A stretch of 64,000 nt of DNA from Polyangiales bacterium (GCA_038231275.1 JBBRLQ010000008.1:1-64000), one strand, 5' to 3'. Numbered from the stretch's first letter, positions 38,834 to 47,949 are shown. Made by a program: numbers and translations. The notes: generated by a model from the letters alone, not told the origin.

Positions 38834-40075
38834 GTGTCCGTCACGCCCCGCGTCTACATCACCGGAGTCGGTGTCGTCAGCTCCATCGGGCTGGGCAAGC
38901 GCGAGTATTTCACCGCGCTGGCGGCAGGGCAGAGCGGCGTCACCCCGGTCGAGTCGTTCGACGCCTCGCAGCTCGGACGAACGTTCGCAGGTGAGGTGAA
39001 GAACTTCCGCGCGAAGGATCACCTCACCACCGCCGAAGCGCGCCGTACCGGTCGATGCTCCGCGATGACGCTCGCCGCCGCGCGCATGGCGATCGAGGAC
39101 GCGGGCATGCGGCCCGAGATCCTGAAGGGCCCACGCACCGCGGTCGTCCTCGGGACCACGATGGGCGAGGCGCAGATCTTGGAGTCGCTCGATCACTCGT
39201 GGATCAAGAGCGGCCCCTCCGGCATCAAGCGCGCGCTCATTCCCAAGTACGGCTCGACGCTCCTCCCGATTCACGTCGCGCGCGCCATCGGCGCCGAGGG
39301 GATGGTCCTCACGCTCCCCGCCGCGTGCGCCGCCGGCAACTACGCCATCGGTTTCGCGATGGATCTCATTCGCGCCGGGCGCGCGGACATCGTCATCACC
39401 GGCGCGAGCGAGATCATCCAGGAGCTGCAGTTCTCCGGCTTCGTGCGCCTCGCGGCGATGGCGCAGAGCCGCTGCCAGCCGTTCGACTTGAACCGGCAGG
39501 GGCTCATCGTCGGCGAGGGCGCTGGGCTCGTCGTCGTCGAGAGCGAGGCGAGCGTCGTCCGTCGCGGCGCGCGACCGCAAGCGGAGATCCGCGGCTACGG
39601 CCTCTCGTGCGACGCGTACCACATCACTCGCCCGCGCGAGGACGCGTCGGGGAGCATCGTCGCGATGCGCGACGCGATCACGCGCTCCGGCATCACGCCC
39701 GACGACGTCGACTTCGTGAACGCGCACGGCACCGGCACGCGCGCCAACGATCTCGCCGAGGCCAAGGTGATGAAGGACGTGTTCGGCGATCGACGCGTGC
39801 CCATCTCGAGCGTCAAGAGCATGATCGGTCACTGCATGGGCGCGTCGTCCGCGCTCGAGGCGATCGCATGCGTGATGACGATCGAAGAAGGCATCTACCC
39901 GCCGACGATCGGCTACGAAACGCCGGACCCGGACTGCGATATCGCGATCGTCGCGAACGCCGCGCAGCGCGGACCGGCGGACGTCGTCCTGAACAACTCG
40001 CTGGCGTTCGGCGGCTACAACGCCGTCACGTGCTTCTCCAAGCCCGGCAAGCTCCCGCCGCCCATCGCGGCCTAG
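38834..40075 (+). CDS. Beta-ketoacyl-ACP synthase (FabF-like KS, intact Cys-His-His)
   Basis: ITGVGVVSSIG, AACAAG (Cys), GEGAG, CDAYHIT, NAHGTGT (His), KSMIGHCMGA (His), NSLAFGG. TTGCGA-N17-TATAAG-N6-GTG. Confidence 0.93.
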   Translation: MSVTPRVYITGVGVVSSIGLGKREYFTALAAGQSGVTPVESFDASQLGRTFAGEVKNFRAKDHLTTAEARRTGRCSAMTLAAARMAIEDAGMRPEILKGPRTAVVLGTTMGEAQILESLDHSWIKSGPSGIKRALIPKYGSTLLPIHVARAIGAEGMVLTLPAACAAGNYAIGFAMDLIRAGRADIVITGASEIIQELQFSGFVRLAAMAQSRCQPFDLNRQGLIVGEGAGLVVVESEASVVRRGARPQAEIRGYGLSCDAYHITRPREDASGSIVAMRDAITRSGITPDDVDFVNAHGTGTRANDLAEAKVMKDVFGDRRVPISSVKSMIGHCMGASSALEAIACVMTIEEGIYPPTIGYETPDPDCDIAIVANAAQRGPADVVLNNSLAFGGYNAVTCFSKPGKLPPPIAA

Positions 40076-40082
40076 GTCCCTC

Positions 40083-41249
40083 GTGAAGCCGCGCGCGCTC
40101 ACCGGCCTCGGAATCGTCTCGGCCGCGGGGATCGGCCGCGAGCCGTTCTATCGCGCGATGACGGCGCCGGTTCCGCTGGCGCTGCAGCCGCAGCACCCGA
40201 TCGAGTCGTTCGACGCGGCCCGTTATCCGAACGCGCGTCTCGCCGAGGTCGTCGGCTTCGATCCGACGAAATACCTCGGCGACAAAGGCCTGCGGTCCCT
40301 CGATCGCCTCACGAAGCTCCTCGTCGTCGCGGCGCGTCTCGCGATGCACGACGCGGGCTTCAAAAAGGACGGCGCGTACATCTCGTCATCGCCTGAGCGC
40401 GTCGGGTTGTGCTGCTCGAACGCGTACGGCAGCCTCGAGGCGATCACCGAGCTCGATCGCGTCGCGAAGCTCGAGGACGCGCGGTACATCAACCCCGCGA
40501 AGTTCCCCAACACCGTCGCCAACAGCGCGAGCGGGTACGTGAGCATCTGGGAAGACCTCCGCGCGCTCAACGTGAGCGTCTCGGACGGAAACTGCGGCGG
40601 GCTGGACGCCGCGGCGTGCGCCGACGTGTACCTCGACACCGGGCGCGCCGACGCGGTGCTCATCGGCGGAGGCGAGGCGCTGAGCGAGGCGCTCTACCTC
40701 GCGTTTCACAAGATCGGCGCGACGGGCGAGCGCTCGTCGTGCCTCGGCGAAGGTGCCGCCCTCCTCGCGCTCGAGCCGATGGAGGCTGCCCAGGCGCGCG
40801 GCGCAATCATCCGGGCCCAGCTCGTCGGCTACGGTACGGCGTTCGTGGCGCCCGAGAGCGAGAGCCTCATCCACGCGTCCGCCGAAGCAATGGAGCGGGC
40901 GATCACCTTCGCAATCGCCGACGCCAGTCTCCACGCGGGCGATATCGACGTGGTGGCGAGCGGCGTGTCCGGCCTCGCGCGCTTCGACACCTGCGAAATC
41001 GCGGCCATCGACGCCGTCCTAGGGACGGCCGTGCCGATCGCGGCCCCGAAGGCCATCCTCGGCGAGACGCTCGGCGCCGGCGGCGCGATGGGGATCGCTG
41101 CGGCGCTCGCGTGGCTCGACGGCGCCCCGCCGGCAGTGCTAGTCCGCGGCACGGCCCCGCGCGAGGTCCGCACGGTGCTGGTCACGTCGATGGGGTTCTA
41201 CGGCAACGCGTCCGCGGTCATCGTCCGGCGCGAGGAGACAGTACGTTGA
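40083..41249 (+). CDS. Catalytically inactive KS homologue (chain-length-factor-like)
   Basis: KS fold motifs LTGLGIVS, FPNTVAN, GEGAA. Cys position reads DGNCGG (Asn aligned to the catalytic Cys); HGTGT replaced by SGVSG; GH replaced by GE (KAILGETLGA). Confidence 0.82.
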   Translation: MKPRALTGLGIVSAAGIGREPFYRAMTAPVPLALQPQHPIESFDAARYPNARLAEVVGFDPTKYLGDKGLRSLDRLTKLLVVAARLAMHDAGFKKDGAYISSSPERVGLCCSNAYGSLEAITELDRVAKLEDARYINPAKFPNTVANSASGYVSIWEDLRALNVSVSDGNCGGLDAAACADVYLDTGRADAVLIGGGEALSEALYLAFHKIGATGERSSCLGEGAALLALEPMEAAQARGAIIRAQLVGYGTAFVAPESESLIHASAEAMERAITFAIADASLHAGDIDVVASGVSGLARFDTCEIAAIDAVLGTAVPIAAPKAILGETLGAGGAMGIAAALAWLDGAPPAVLVRGTAPREVRTVLVTSMGFYGNASAVIVRREETVR

Positions 41250-42475
41250 GTTGGATCGAGGAAAAGGCGCACCTGGAGCTCGCACGCATCCGCGAGGCCC
41301 GTGAGAAGCAGGTCTACCCGTACTTTCGCGAGTTCGAGACCGGCGGCCTCCACACGACGATCGCGGGCAAGCCCGTCACCAACTTCAGCTCGAACGACTA
41401 TCTCGGCCTCACCAACCACCCCAAGGTGAAGGAAGCGGCGCACAAGGCGCTCGAGAAGTACGCGTGCGGCCTCTCGAGCTCGCGCGTGCAAGCCACGACC
41501 GTGGAGCACGTCGATCTCGAGCGGCGCCTCGCGAAGTTCTTCGGCTTCGAGAAGTGCCTGATGTTCACGACCGGCTACCAAGCGATGCTCGGCCTCATCG
41601 CCGCGTCGGCCGACAAGGACACCACGCTCGTCCTCGACAGCTTCAGCCACGCTTGCATCCTGGACGGCACCTTCCTCGCGGCCGGCATCCCTGGCCGCGC
41701 GCCCGAGGTCCGCTTCTTCAACCACAACTCGGCCAAGAGCCTCGAGCGCATCCTCAAGACGCGCGAGCGGAAGAACGCGCTCGTCCTCGTCGAAGGCGTG
41801 TACTCGCTCGACGGCGATCGCGCGAACTTGAAGGAGTTCGTCGAGATTTGCGACAGGTACGACGCGGTCCTCGCGGTCGACGACGCGCACGGCTCCGGCA
41901 CGCTCGGCGAGCACGGCAAGGGGCTCATCGAGGAGCTCGGCCTTCACGGCAAAGTGCCGATCCTCATGACCGCGTTCTCCAAGACGTTCGGCGGCATCGG
42001 CGGCGCACTCCTGGCGAGCACCGAGATCATCGAGATGGTGCAACACTCGGCGCGCTCGTTCCTCTTCAGCGCGAGCCTACCGGTGCCGATCGTCGCCGCG
42101 GTCTCGACGATCCTCGACATGCTCGAGACGAACGGCCCCGAGCTCGTGCGCGAGCTCCACCAGAAGCGCGACTACATGCGCGGCAAATTGCTCGAGGCCG
42201 GCTTCGAGCTCGGCACCAGCACCACGCACATCATGCCGGTCATGTGCCGCGACGAGCGAAAGACGCTCTTCATGCACGTCGCGTTGCTCGAGTGCGGCGT
42301 CCTCATGGTCCCCATCACTTACCCTGGCGTGAAGCCCGGCGAGGAGCGCCTGCGCGTGAACGTGACGCGAGGCCACACGCAAGAAGACATGGACACGGCG
42401 CTCGAGCTCCTGAAGACGTACGGTGAGGCCTTCTTCGTCCTGTCGGGCGAAGACCTCGGCGAGGTGGAAGAGTGA
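41246..42475 (+). CDS. PLP-dependent alpha-oxoamine synthase, serine palmitoyltransferase-like
   Basis: TTG start with SD GAGGAG; YPYFR, FSSNDYLGL, TGYQA, SHACILDG, EGVYSLDGD, DDAHG, AFSKTFG (PLP Lys), RLR; ACP gene immediately downstream. Confidence 0.88.
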   Translation: MSWIEEKAHLELARIREAREKQVYPYFREFETGGLHTTIAGKPVTNFSSNDYLGLTNHPKVKEAAHKALEKYACGLSSSRVQATTVEHVDLERRLAKFFGFEKCLMFTTGYQAMLGLIAASADKDTTLVLDSFSHACILDGTFLAAGIPGRAPEVRFFNHNSAKSLERILKTRERKNALVLVEGVYSLDGDRANLKEFVEICDRYDAVLAVDDAHGSGTLGEHGKGLIEELGLHGKVPILMTAFSKTFGGIGGALLASTEIIEMVQHSARSFLFSASLPVPIVAAVSTILDMLETNGPELVRELHQKRDYMRGKLLEAGFELGTSTTHIMPVMCRDERKTLFMHVALLECGVLMVPITYPGVKPGEERLRVNVTRGHTQEDMDTALELLKTYGEAFFVLSGEDLGEVEE

Positions 42476-42483
42476 GGACGACC

Positions 42484-42726
42484 ATGGCGACCTACGAAGA
42501 GACGCTTCAAGTCACGACCGACATCCTGAAGAAGCACGTCGACGCGCAGAAGCCGGTGCGGCCGAACGATCACATCCAGAACGATCTGGGGCTCGACAGC
42601 CTCGGCGTGATGGAGGTGGTGGCGGACATCGAGGATCACTATGGCGTGTCGATCCCGAACGAGCAGCTGACGACCTTCGCGACGGTCGAAGACGTGGCGC
42701 GCGCGCTGGCGAAGCTCAGCGCGTAG
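42484..42726 (+). CDS. Acyl carrier protein
   Basis: DLGLDSLGVMEVV; FATVEDV; SD GAGG. Confidence 0.9.
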   Translation: MATYEETLQVTTDILKKHVDAQKPVRPNDHIQNDLGLDSLGVMEVVADIEDHYGVSIPNEQLTTFATVEDVARALAKLSA

Positions 42727-42729
42727 TCC

Positions 42730-43569
42730 TCATCCGACGAGCTCCACGATCTCCCGGCTCGGAAGCTCGATCCCGTAGCTGGCGAGGGGCGTGACGATTC
42801 CGTCCAAGACCGCGGCGCGGACCTGGGCCTTGTAAAAGCGAGACTCGACCCATCCGATCTCGTGGACCTGGTCTTTGGTCGCGGCGCGGCGGCCGGCCTT
42901 GGTGTCGTCGCGCGCCGTGCCCTTCCACCGTGGTCCGTAGGACGCGAGAGAGGCGAGCGCCACCTTCGCGAGACGCGCGCGCTCCTCGTCGTCCATGTGC
43001 TCGCTCGCCCAGTCGAAGTAGACGCCGCCGAGGCGGTAGTGAAGCGACTCGTCGGCGACGATGCGCTCGTAGATCGCGCGCGTGAGGGGATGCGTGGTCG
43101 ATCGCATCGCGTTCACCGCCATCTTGCCGCTGAACGCCTCCGCGATGCAGCTGATGCGGAGGACGAGCTCGTTGGCGCGCTGGAGCGCCGAGAGGGATGG
43201 GTCGGGCTTCGTGACGAGGGCGTCGAAATCGACCGGGCGCGGGACGCCGCCGCCCAGCTCCATCGCCATGCGGCTCGCGAGCTCGACGTGGACGACCTCG
43301 TCGGCGACGAAGCTGCTCGCCATGCCGACGATGTCGAGGGGCGCCTTCGCTTCGGCGAGCGCGCGGATCACCTCGGCGAACGCCGCGACCGCGCGGTATT
43401 CGGTGTACGCCGCCTCCGTCCACGTCGCGCGCGCCGCGTCGAGGACGTCGCGCGGGTAGGCGGCGACGTCGAACGATCCCCACGGCAAATCGTCGATCCC
43501 CGGGCGCGCGCGCCGAAAATGGTGCTCGGCCGCGCCGCCCATCCATTCGAGCTCGAAGAGGGCCCGCAT
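42730..43569 (-). CDS. Ferritin-like diiron-carboxylate protein
   Basis: E (TEYRA) ... DEVVH ... E (AEAFS) ... DESLH spacing typical of four-helix diiron proteins. Start re-called at ATG 43569, 1 nt after the upstream stop. Confidence 0.8.
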   Translation of the reverse strand: MRALFELEWMGGAAEHHFRRARPGIDDLPWGSFDVAAYPRDVLDAARATWTEAAYTEYRAVAAFAEVIRALAEAKAPLDIVGMASSFVADEVVHVELASRMAMELGGGVPRPVDFDALVTKPDPSLSALQRANELVLRISCIAEAFSGKMAVNAMRSTTHPLTRAIYERIVADESLHYRLGGVYFDWASEHMDDEERARLAKVALASLASYGPRWKGTARDDTKAGRRAATKDQVHEIGWVESRFYKAQVRAAVLDGIVTPLASYGIELPSREIVELVG

Positions 43570-43570
43570 C

Positions 43571-43912
43571 TCACCCACCTCCTGCGTCGCCGCCGCCGTC
43601 GACGATGCCGACTCCGCCGTCGCCGCCGCCGGCGTTGACGTCGGTGCCCGCATCGCCGCTGCCTGGGCTCGCCTCTGGTCCCGCGTCATCGGCCTTGAAT
43701 CCATGGAAATCCGCGTCGCCCGCCTCACCAATGGTGAGACCGCTGTCTCGAACCGAGAGCCCGCCATCGCTGGCGACGCCGACCCCGATGAACTCGGGTC
43801 CGCCGTCGGCGACTTCCCCGGTGCTCGAGCACCCGGCCAGCAGCGCCCCCGCGCCGACCGTCGCGCGAAGAAGAAACCGGGGACCCTTTGTCGTTCTCAC
43901 GCGTGTGGTCAT
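43571..43912 (-). CDS. Small Gly/Asp-rich lipoprotein
   Basis: SD AGAGG; MTTRVRTTKGPRFLLRATVGAGALLAGC lipobox; DGG/DAG-rich body. Confidence 0.7.
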   Translation of the reverse strand: MTTRVRTTKGPRFLLRATVGAGALLAGCSSTGEVADGGPEFIGVGVASDGGLSVRDSGLTIGEAGDADFHGFKADDAGPEASPGSGDAGTDVNAGGGDGGVGIVDGGGDAGGG

Positions 43913-43983
43913 GTTCATCCTCTTGTTCGGAAGTCGACTCGTCGAGCGCGCACGACTGGAACGAGAGCGCGCGACGCCCGCGA

Positions 43984-43999
43984 CGCAATGCGCGTGCCC
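43984..43999 (-). promoter_or_regulatory. sigma54 -24/-12 promoter
   Basis: Minus strand GGGCACGCGCATTGCG: GGCACG-N4-TTGC, GG(43998-97)-N10-GC(43986-85). Confidence 0.7.
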
Positions 44000-44107
44000 T
44001 GAAAATTCCCCAGCAATCCGACGTTCGACCGCTGCACGCCCTGGCCACTGTGTGCCACTCGCGAAGAGGGGGGCCGGCATCATTCTCGAAGCCAGGCTGC
44101 CGACTCG

Positions 44108-44137
44108 AAGTTGTATTACCAATTTGTAATACAACTT
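44108..44137. promoter_or_regulatory. Perfect AT-rich inverted repeat (12-6-12), probable protein-binding site
   Basis: AAGTTGTATTAC-CAATTT-GTAATACAACTT. Confidence 0.7.
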
Positions 44138-44212
44138 TGTGGCAAGTGGACCCGGCCCCGACGTGGAGGCAAGGTCGAACCCGCCGAGTCGTAGTTGCCC
44201 AGGTCTTCCTGG

Positions 44213-44836
44213 TCAGTCGACCGGATGCCCGAACGAGGCGTCGAGCGCGCGCGCGGCCGCCGCGGGGTCCGCTGCGCCGAGGATCGAGCGGATCACCGCG
44301 ACCCCGATCGCGCCGGCCGCGAGGCACGTGGCGACGTTCGAGGCGTCGACTCCGCCGAGCGCATAGATCGGCATGCTCGGCGCCACTGCGCACGCGCGCA
44401 CGATCGCATTCGCGCCGCGCGGGCTCCCCTTCCCCGGCGTCTCGAAGATCGGGCTCACCAGCGCGGCGTCGGCGCCGGATGAAATGGCTGCGCGCACGTC
44501 GTCGTCGGTGTGCGCGGCGACGGTGAGAAACGCGGCGCGACCAAGGGCTGCGCGCGCCGACGGATCGATCGCTTCCCCCCCGAAGTGGACGCCGTCCGCC
44601 CCGATGTCCACGGCGAGGGCCACGTCTCGGTTCACGAGCAGCATCGCGCCGTGGGCTCGTGTCAGCACCCGCAGCTCGCGCGCCAGCGCTTCGGGTCTCC
44701 CTCCGCGATCGCGCACCTGCACGGCGAGCGTTCCCGATGGCACGGCGAAGAGAGCCTGGCGCAGCTGCGCGACGATGAACTCCGGCGCGTACGCCGGATC
44801 CGTGATCACGAGGATGCGGGGAAGGGCGCGGATCAC
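44213..44836 (-). CDS. thiE: Thiamine phosphate synthase (ThiE/TenI family)
   Basis: VITD, VQVRD, LLVN, GADGVH, AAH, SPIFET..K, ALGGV, GVAVIRSI. Confidence 0.8.
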   Translation of the reverse strand: MIRALPRILVITDPAYAPEFIVAQLRQALFAVPSGTLAVQVRDRGGRPEALARELRVLTRAHGAMLLVNRDVALAVDIGADGVHFGGEAIDPSARAALGRAAFLTVAAHTDDDVRAAISSGADAALVSPIFETPGKGSPRGANAIVRACAVAPSMPIYALGGVDASNVATCLAAGAIGVAVIRSILGAADPAAAARALDASFGHPVD

Positions 44837-45114
44837 CCGCCGTCCGTGGTGCTCGCGGGCGTTGCCGAAGCGCCGCCACCCAGCTTCGCGCGCGCGGCGG
44901 GGGCGTGGCGGCTCGAGGGGTACTTCTTCACGAGGTATTCGAGCGTCTCTTTCGCGGACGCGTCGTTGTGCTCGCCCTCGAACTTCGCCGCGAGGTCCCA
45001 CAGCGCGTCGCCCGCCGTGTCCTCCAACCGATTCGCCGGGTCGGGGTCGTGCTTGCACTGCATCGGCGCGAACGCGAGCGCGCCGGCCACGACGGACGCG
45101 GCGAGCCCCTTCAT
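44833..45114 (-). CDS. Small TPR-like lipoprotein
   Basis: Signal ...APMQC; helical pair ending [14 protein letters not shown]; overlaps both neighbours by 4 nt. Confidence 0.7.
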   Translation of the reverse strand: MKGLAASVVAGALAFAPMQCKHDPDPANRLEDTAGDALWDLAAKFEGEHNDASAKETLEYLVKKYPSSRHAPAARAKLGGGASATPASTTDGG

Positions 45115-45887
45115 TCGATGAGGCCCGCCGTCGGACTCGACGCGTTTGCGTAGCGCGTCTTCGGCATCCGGCCCGCCAAGAACGCCATGCGACCTGCGCG
45201 GACGCCCTCCTTCATCGCCGTCGCCATCAGCACGGGATCTTTCGCGTGCGCGATCGCCGTGTTCATGAGGACGCCCTGGCAACCGAGCTCCATCGCGACC
45301 GCCGCGTCGCTCGCCGTGCCAACGCCCGCATCGACGATCACCGGCACCTTGGCGTGCTCGAGGATGATCGAGAGGTTGTGCGCGTTGCGGATCCCGAGCC
45401 CGCTGCCGATCGGCGCGGCGAGCGGCATGACGGCGGCGCAGCCGATGTCCTCGAGCTTGCGGCACACGATCGGATCGTCGATGCAGTACGGGAGCACGAC
45501 GAAGCCCTCCTTTACGAGGACCTTCGCGGCCTCGAGCGTCTGCTCGTTGTCGGGGTAGAGCGTCTTCGGATCGCCGATCACCTCGAGCTTCACGATGTCG
45601 GCGATGCCGAGCTCGCGTGCGAGGCGCAGGGTGCGGACCGCGTCGTCAGCGGTGAAGCAGCCGGCGGTGTTCGGGAGGAGTGTCCACTTCTTCCTCTGGA
45701 GGAGCGACATGAGCGAGCCGCTGGATCGATCCGAGAGATCGACGCGGCGGAGCGCGACGGTGACGATCTCGGCGCCGGACGCGTCGATCGCGCGCTCGGT
45801 CTCGTCGACGGATTTGTATTTGCCCGTCCCGACGATGAGGCGGCTTCCGTAGCTCTTCCCAGCGAGGACCAGCGGATCGGTGTGCAT
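45111..45887 (-). CDS. thiG: Thiazole synthase
   Basis: [54 protein letters not shown]. Confidence 0.97.
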   Translation of the reverse strand: MHTDPLVLAGKSYGSRLIVGTGKYKSVDETERAIDASGAEIVTVALRRVDLSDRSSGSLMSLLQRKKWTLLPNTAGCFTADDAVRTLRLARELGIADIVKLEVIGDPKTLYPDNEQTLEAAKVLVKEGFVVLPYCIDDPIVCRKLEDIGCAAVMPLAAPIGSGLGIRNAHNLSIILEHAKVPVIVDAGVGTASDAAVAMELGCQGVLMNTAIAHAKDPVLMATAMKEGVRAGRMAFLAGRMPKTRYANASSPTAGLIE

Positions 45888-45903
45888 CGCGGGTCTTCTT
45901 ACC

Positions 45904-46755
45904 TCAGCTCGCGGGCGTCGCCCAGCGGCGGTGGAGCCAGAGCCATTCGCTCGGATTTTCCTGCACGAAACGCTCGAGGGCGCGGGTCGCGTCCCGGGTG
46001 ACCTCGTCAATCCACGCGCGATCGGGCGCGGCGGGCGGCGTGTGGACGTCGAGGATACGGAGGGTGTGCGTCCCGTCGGCGTTTCGGAGGGACGCGGCGA
46101 CGACCAGAGGAGCGCCCGTCGCCGCCGCCACCGCCGCCGGCGCGCGATCGACGTGCGCGTCTGCGCCCAGGAAGTCCGTGGTGATGGCCCGCGCCTTCTT
46201 GGGCGGCACCTGATCGAGCATCATCGCCACCGCGCCGCCGCGGCGCAGCGTCGCTCGCGCACGCCATGCCGCGTCTCCTGCGTGGACCGTCCCCACGCGC
46301 CGTGACGCACGGAGGCGCGCGCAGAACCGATGGAAGCCTTGGACGCGAAGAGGCTTGGTGACGACGAGGAGCTCCGAGTCCTCGGCCCACCGGCACGCGG
46401 CGATCTCCCAGTTGCCCGTGTGCGACGCCGCGAGAACGATCCCTCGTCCGCCTTCCCGGGCGCGTGCCAGCGCGACGCGCGACGCGTCGTCCAAGTCGAC
46501 GAGCGGCGCGACCGAGCCACGCTGGCCCCGCATCCACAGAAGCTCGAACACACCCATGCCGAGCGCTCGATACATCGCGCGCGCGGAGCGATCCGGCGAC
46601 GCCACGCCCGCGCGCGTCATCGACACGACGACATGCGCCCGGCGAATGCCCATCGCCCAGGCCACGAGACCGAGCACGCGGCCCAGCGCGCGCACCGCCG
46701 ACAGCGGCAAGAGACCGACCACCCGCGCGAGAATCTCGAGCGCGGGCGTGATCAC
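45904..46755 (-). CDS. LpxL/HtrB-family lipid acyltransferase
   Basis: [22 protein letters not shown]. Confidence 0.85.
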   Translation of the reverse strand: MITPALEILARVVGLLPLSAVRALGRVLGLVAWAMGIRRAHVVVSMTRAGVASPDRSARAMYRALGMGVFELLWMRGQRGSVAPLVDLDDASRVALARAREGGRGIVLAASHTGNWEIAACRWAEDSELLVVTKPLRVQGFHRFCARLRASRRVGTVHAGDAAWRARATLRRGGAVAMMLDQVPPKKARAITTDFLGADAHVDRAPAAVAAATGAPLVVAASLRNADGTHTLRILDVHTPPAAPDRAWIDEVTRDATRALERFVQENPSEWLWLHRRWATPAS

Positions 46756-46756
46756 G

Positions 46757-47044
46757 TCAGCCGAACCCTGCGCGGCGTGCCGGCGTGCCGCCGCCGCCTT
46801 CCATCGAGATCGCGAACACGTCGCTGCGAACGACCGTGAACGTCTCCTTCTTCTGCGTCTTGGCGTACACGAGCTCGCCCTCGCCGCGCACCGCCTCGAC
46901 CTTGGGCACCACGAGGCTCGCGCCGTCGTGGGAGACGTACAGGCTCAGCGTCGTCCCCTCGGGGAGCGTGGAGAACCCGTTCTTCTCGCCGTCCGACTTG
47001 GCCAGGGCGTTCTTGAGGATCGCGTCGAAATGCTCGGGGGTCAT
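46757..47044 (-). CDS. Small conserved-looking hypothetical protein (95 aa, C-terminal RRAGFG)
   Basis: MTPEHFDAILK...; coding codon bias; SD AGGA. Confidence 0.7.
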   Translation of the reverse strand: MTPEHFDAILKNALAKSDGEKNGFSTLPEGTTLSLYVSHDGASLVVPKVEAVRGEGELVYAKTQKKETFTVVRSDVFAISMEGGGGTPARRAGFG

Positions 47045-47128
47045 GTCCTGGGGTATACCAGGATTTGCCGCGCGGGGAGCCTCGCGTCGTAGTAGAGCAT
47101 GGTAGAGTTTTCCGAGGAGTCGCACAGC

Positions 47129-47926
47129 GTGCTCGACGACATCGTCGTCCTCAGGGACGTCAAGAAGACGTTCGGCGATCAGGAGGTCCTGAAGGGGATC
47201 GATCTCGTCGCGCGACGCAACGAGACGACCGTAGTCATCGGCGGCTCGGGCGCCGGCAAGACGACCCTCCTCCGCCTCATCGTCGCGCTCGAGCAGCCGA
47301 CGAGTGGGCAAATTTTGATCGACGGCGACAACATCGTCGGCCTCAAGGAGCGCGAGCTCAACGTCGTCCGCCGCAAATTCGGGATGGTATACCAGTACGC
47401 GGCGCTCCTCGATTCGTGCACGGTCTTGGAGAACGTCGCGTTTCCCCTCGTCGAGCACACCAAGCTCTCGAAAAATGAGATGCGCGACCGCGTCCTCGAG
47501 AAGCTCAAGATCCTGGGATTGGATCCCGGCGTGGAGAAGAAGTTCCCGAGCGAGCTCTCGGGCGGAATGCGAAAGCGCGTCGGCCTGGCGCGGGCGCTGA
47601 TGCTCGAGCCGCCGATCCTCGTCTACGACGAGCCGACGAGCGGCCTCGATCCACTCACGAGCCGCATGGTCGACGACCTCATCGAGGAGATGCGCGAGCG
47701 CTTCAGGGTCACGAGCGTCGTGATCTCGCACGACATCGCGAGCTGCTTTCGCATCGCGCACCAGGCGCTCCTCTTGATCCGCGGGCAAGTGGTCGCACGG
47801 GGAACCCCTGACGAGCTCGTCCGTGGCGACAACGAAGAGGCGCGCGAATTCATCAAAAAATCAGGGGTGGACGTGAGCAACCTGTCGCGCGTCGCTGCCA
47901 TGGCTCCCGAGCGGCTGGGAAAGTGA
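47129..47926 (+). CDS. ABC transporter ATP-binding protein, MlaF/Mkl type
   Basis: GGSGAGKT, LSGGMRKRVGLARAL, YDEPTSGLDP, SHD; SD GAGGAG before GTG 47129. Confidence 0.9.
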   Translation: MLDDIVVLRDVKKTFGDQEVLKGIDLVARRNETTVVIGGSGAGKTTLLRLIVALEQPTSGQILIDGDNIVGLKERELNVVRRKFGMVYQYAALLDSCTVLENVAFPLVEHTKLSKNEMRDRVLEKLKILGLDPGVEKKFPSELSGGMRKRVGLARALMLEPPILVYDEPTSGLDPLTSRMVDDLIEEMRERFRVTSVVISHDIASCFRIAHQALLLIRGQVVARGTPDELVRGDNEEAREFIKKSGVDVSNLSRVAAMAPERLGK

Positions 47927-47949
47927 CGCAAGCGCGCTATCCTTGACCG

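Noticed and set aside
41246-42475. Calling the AOS bioF or kbl
   Set aside because: No bio or tdh genes; context is ACP/KS/FAAL, and the YPYFR N-terminus is SPT-like. Gene symbol left blank because the substrate is unproven.
44042-44058. Second sigma54 promoter (TGGCACACAGTGGC on the minus strand)
   Set aside because: GG-GC spacing is 9, not 10.
44108-44137. dif site
   Set aside because: The arms are perfectly symmetric and do not match the XerD consensus TTATGTTAAAT; position fits a regulatory site.
45888-47098. TPP riboswitch upstream of thiG
   Set aside because: Only 16 nt separate thiG from the upstream gene, and no aptamer core was seen ahead of the operon.
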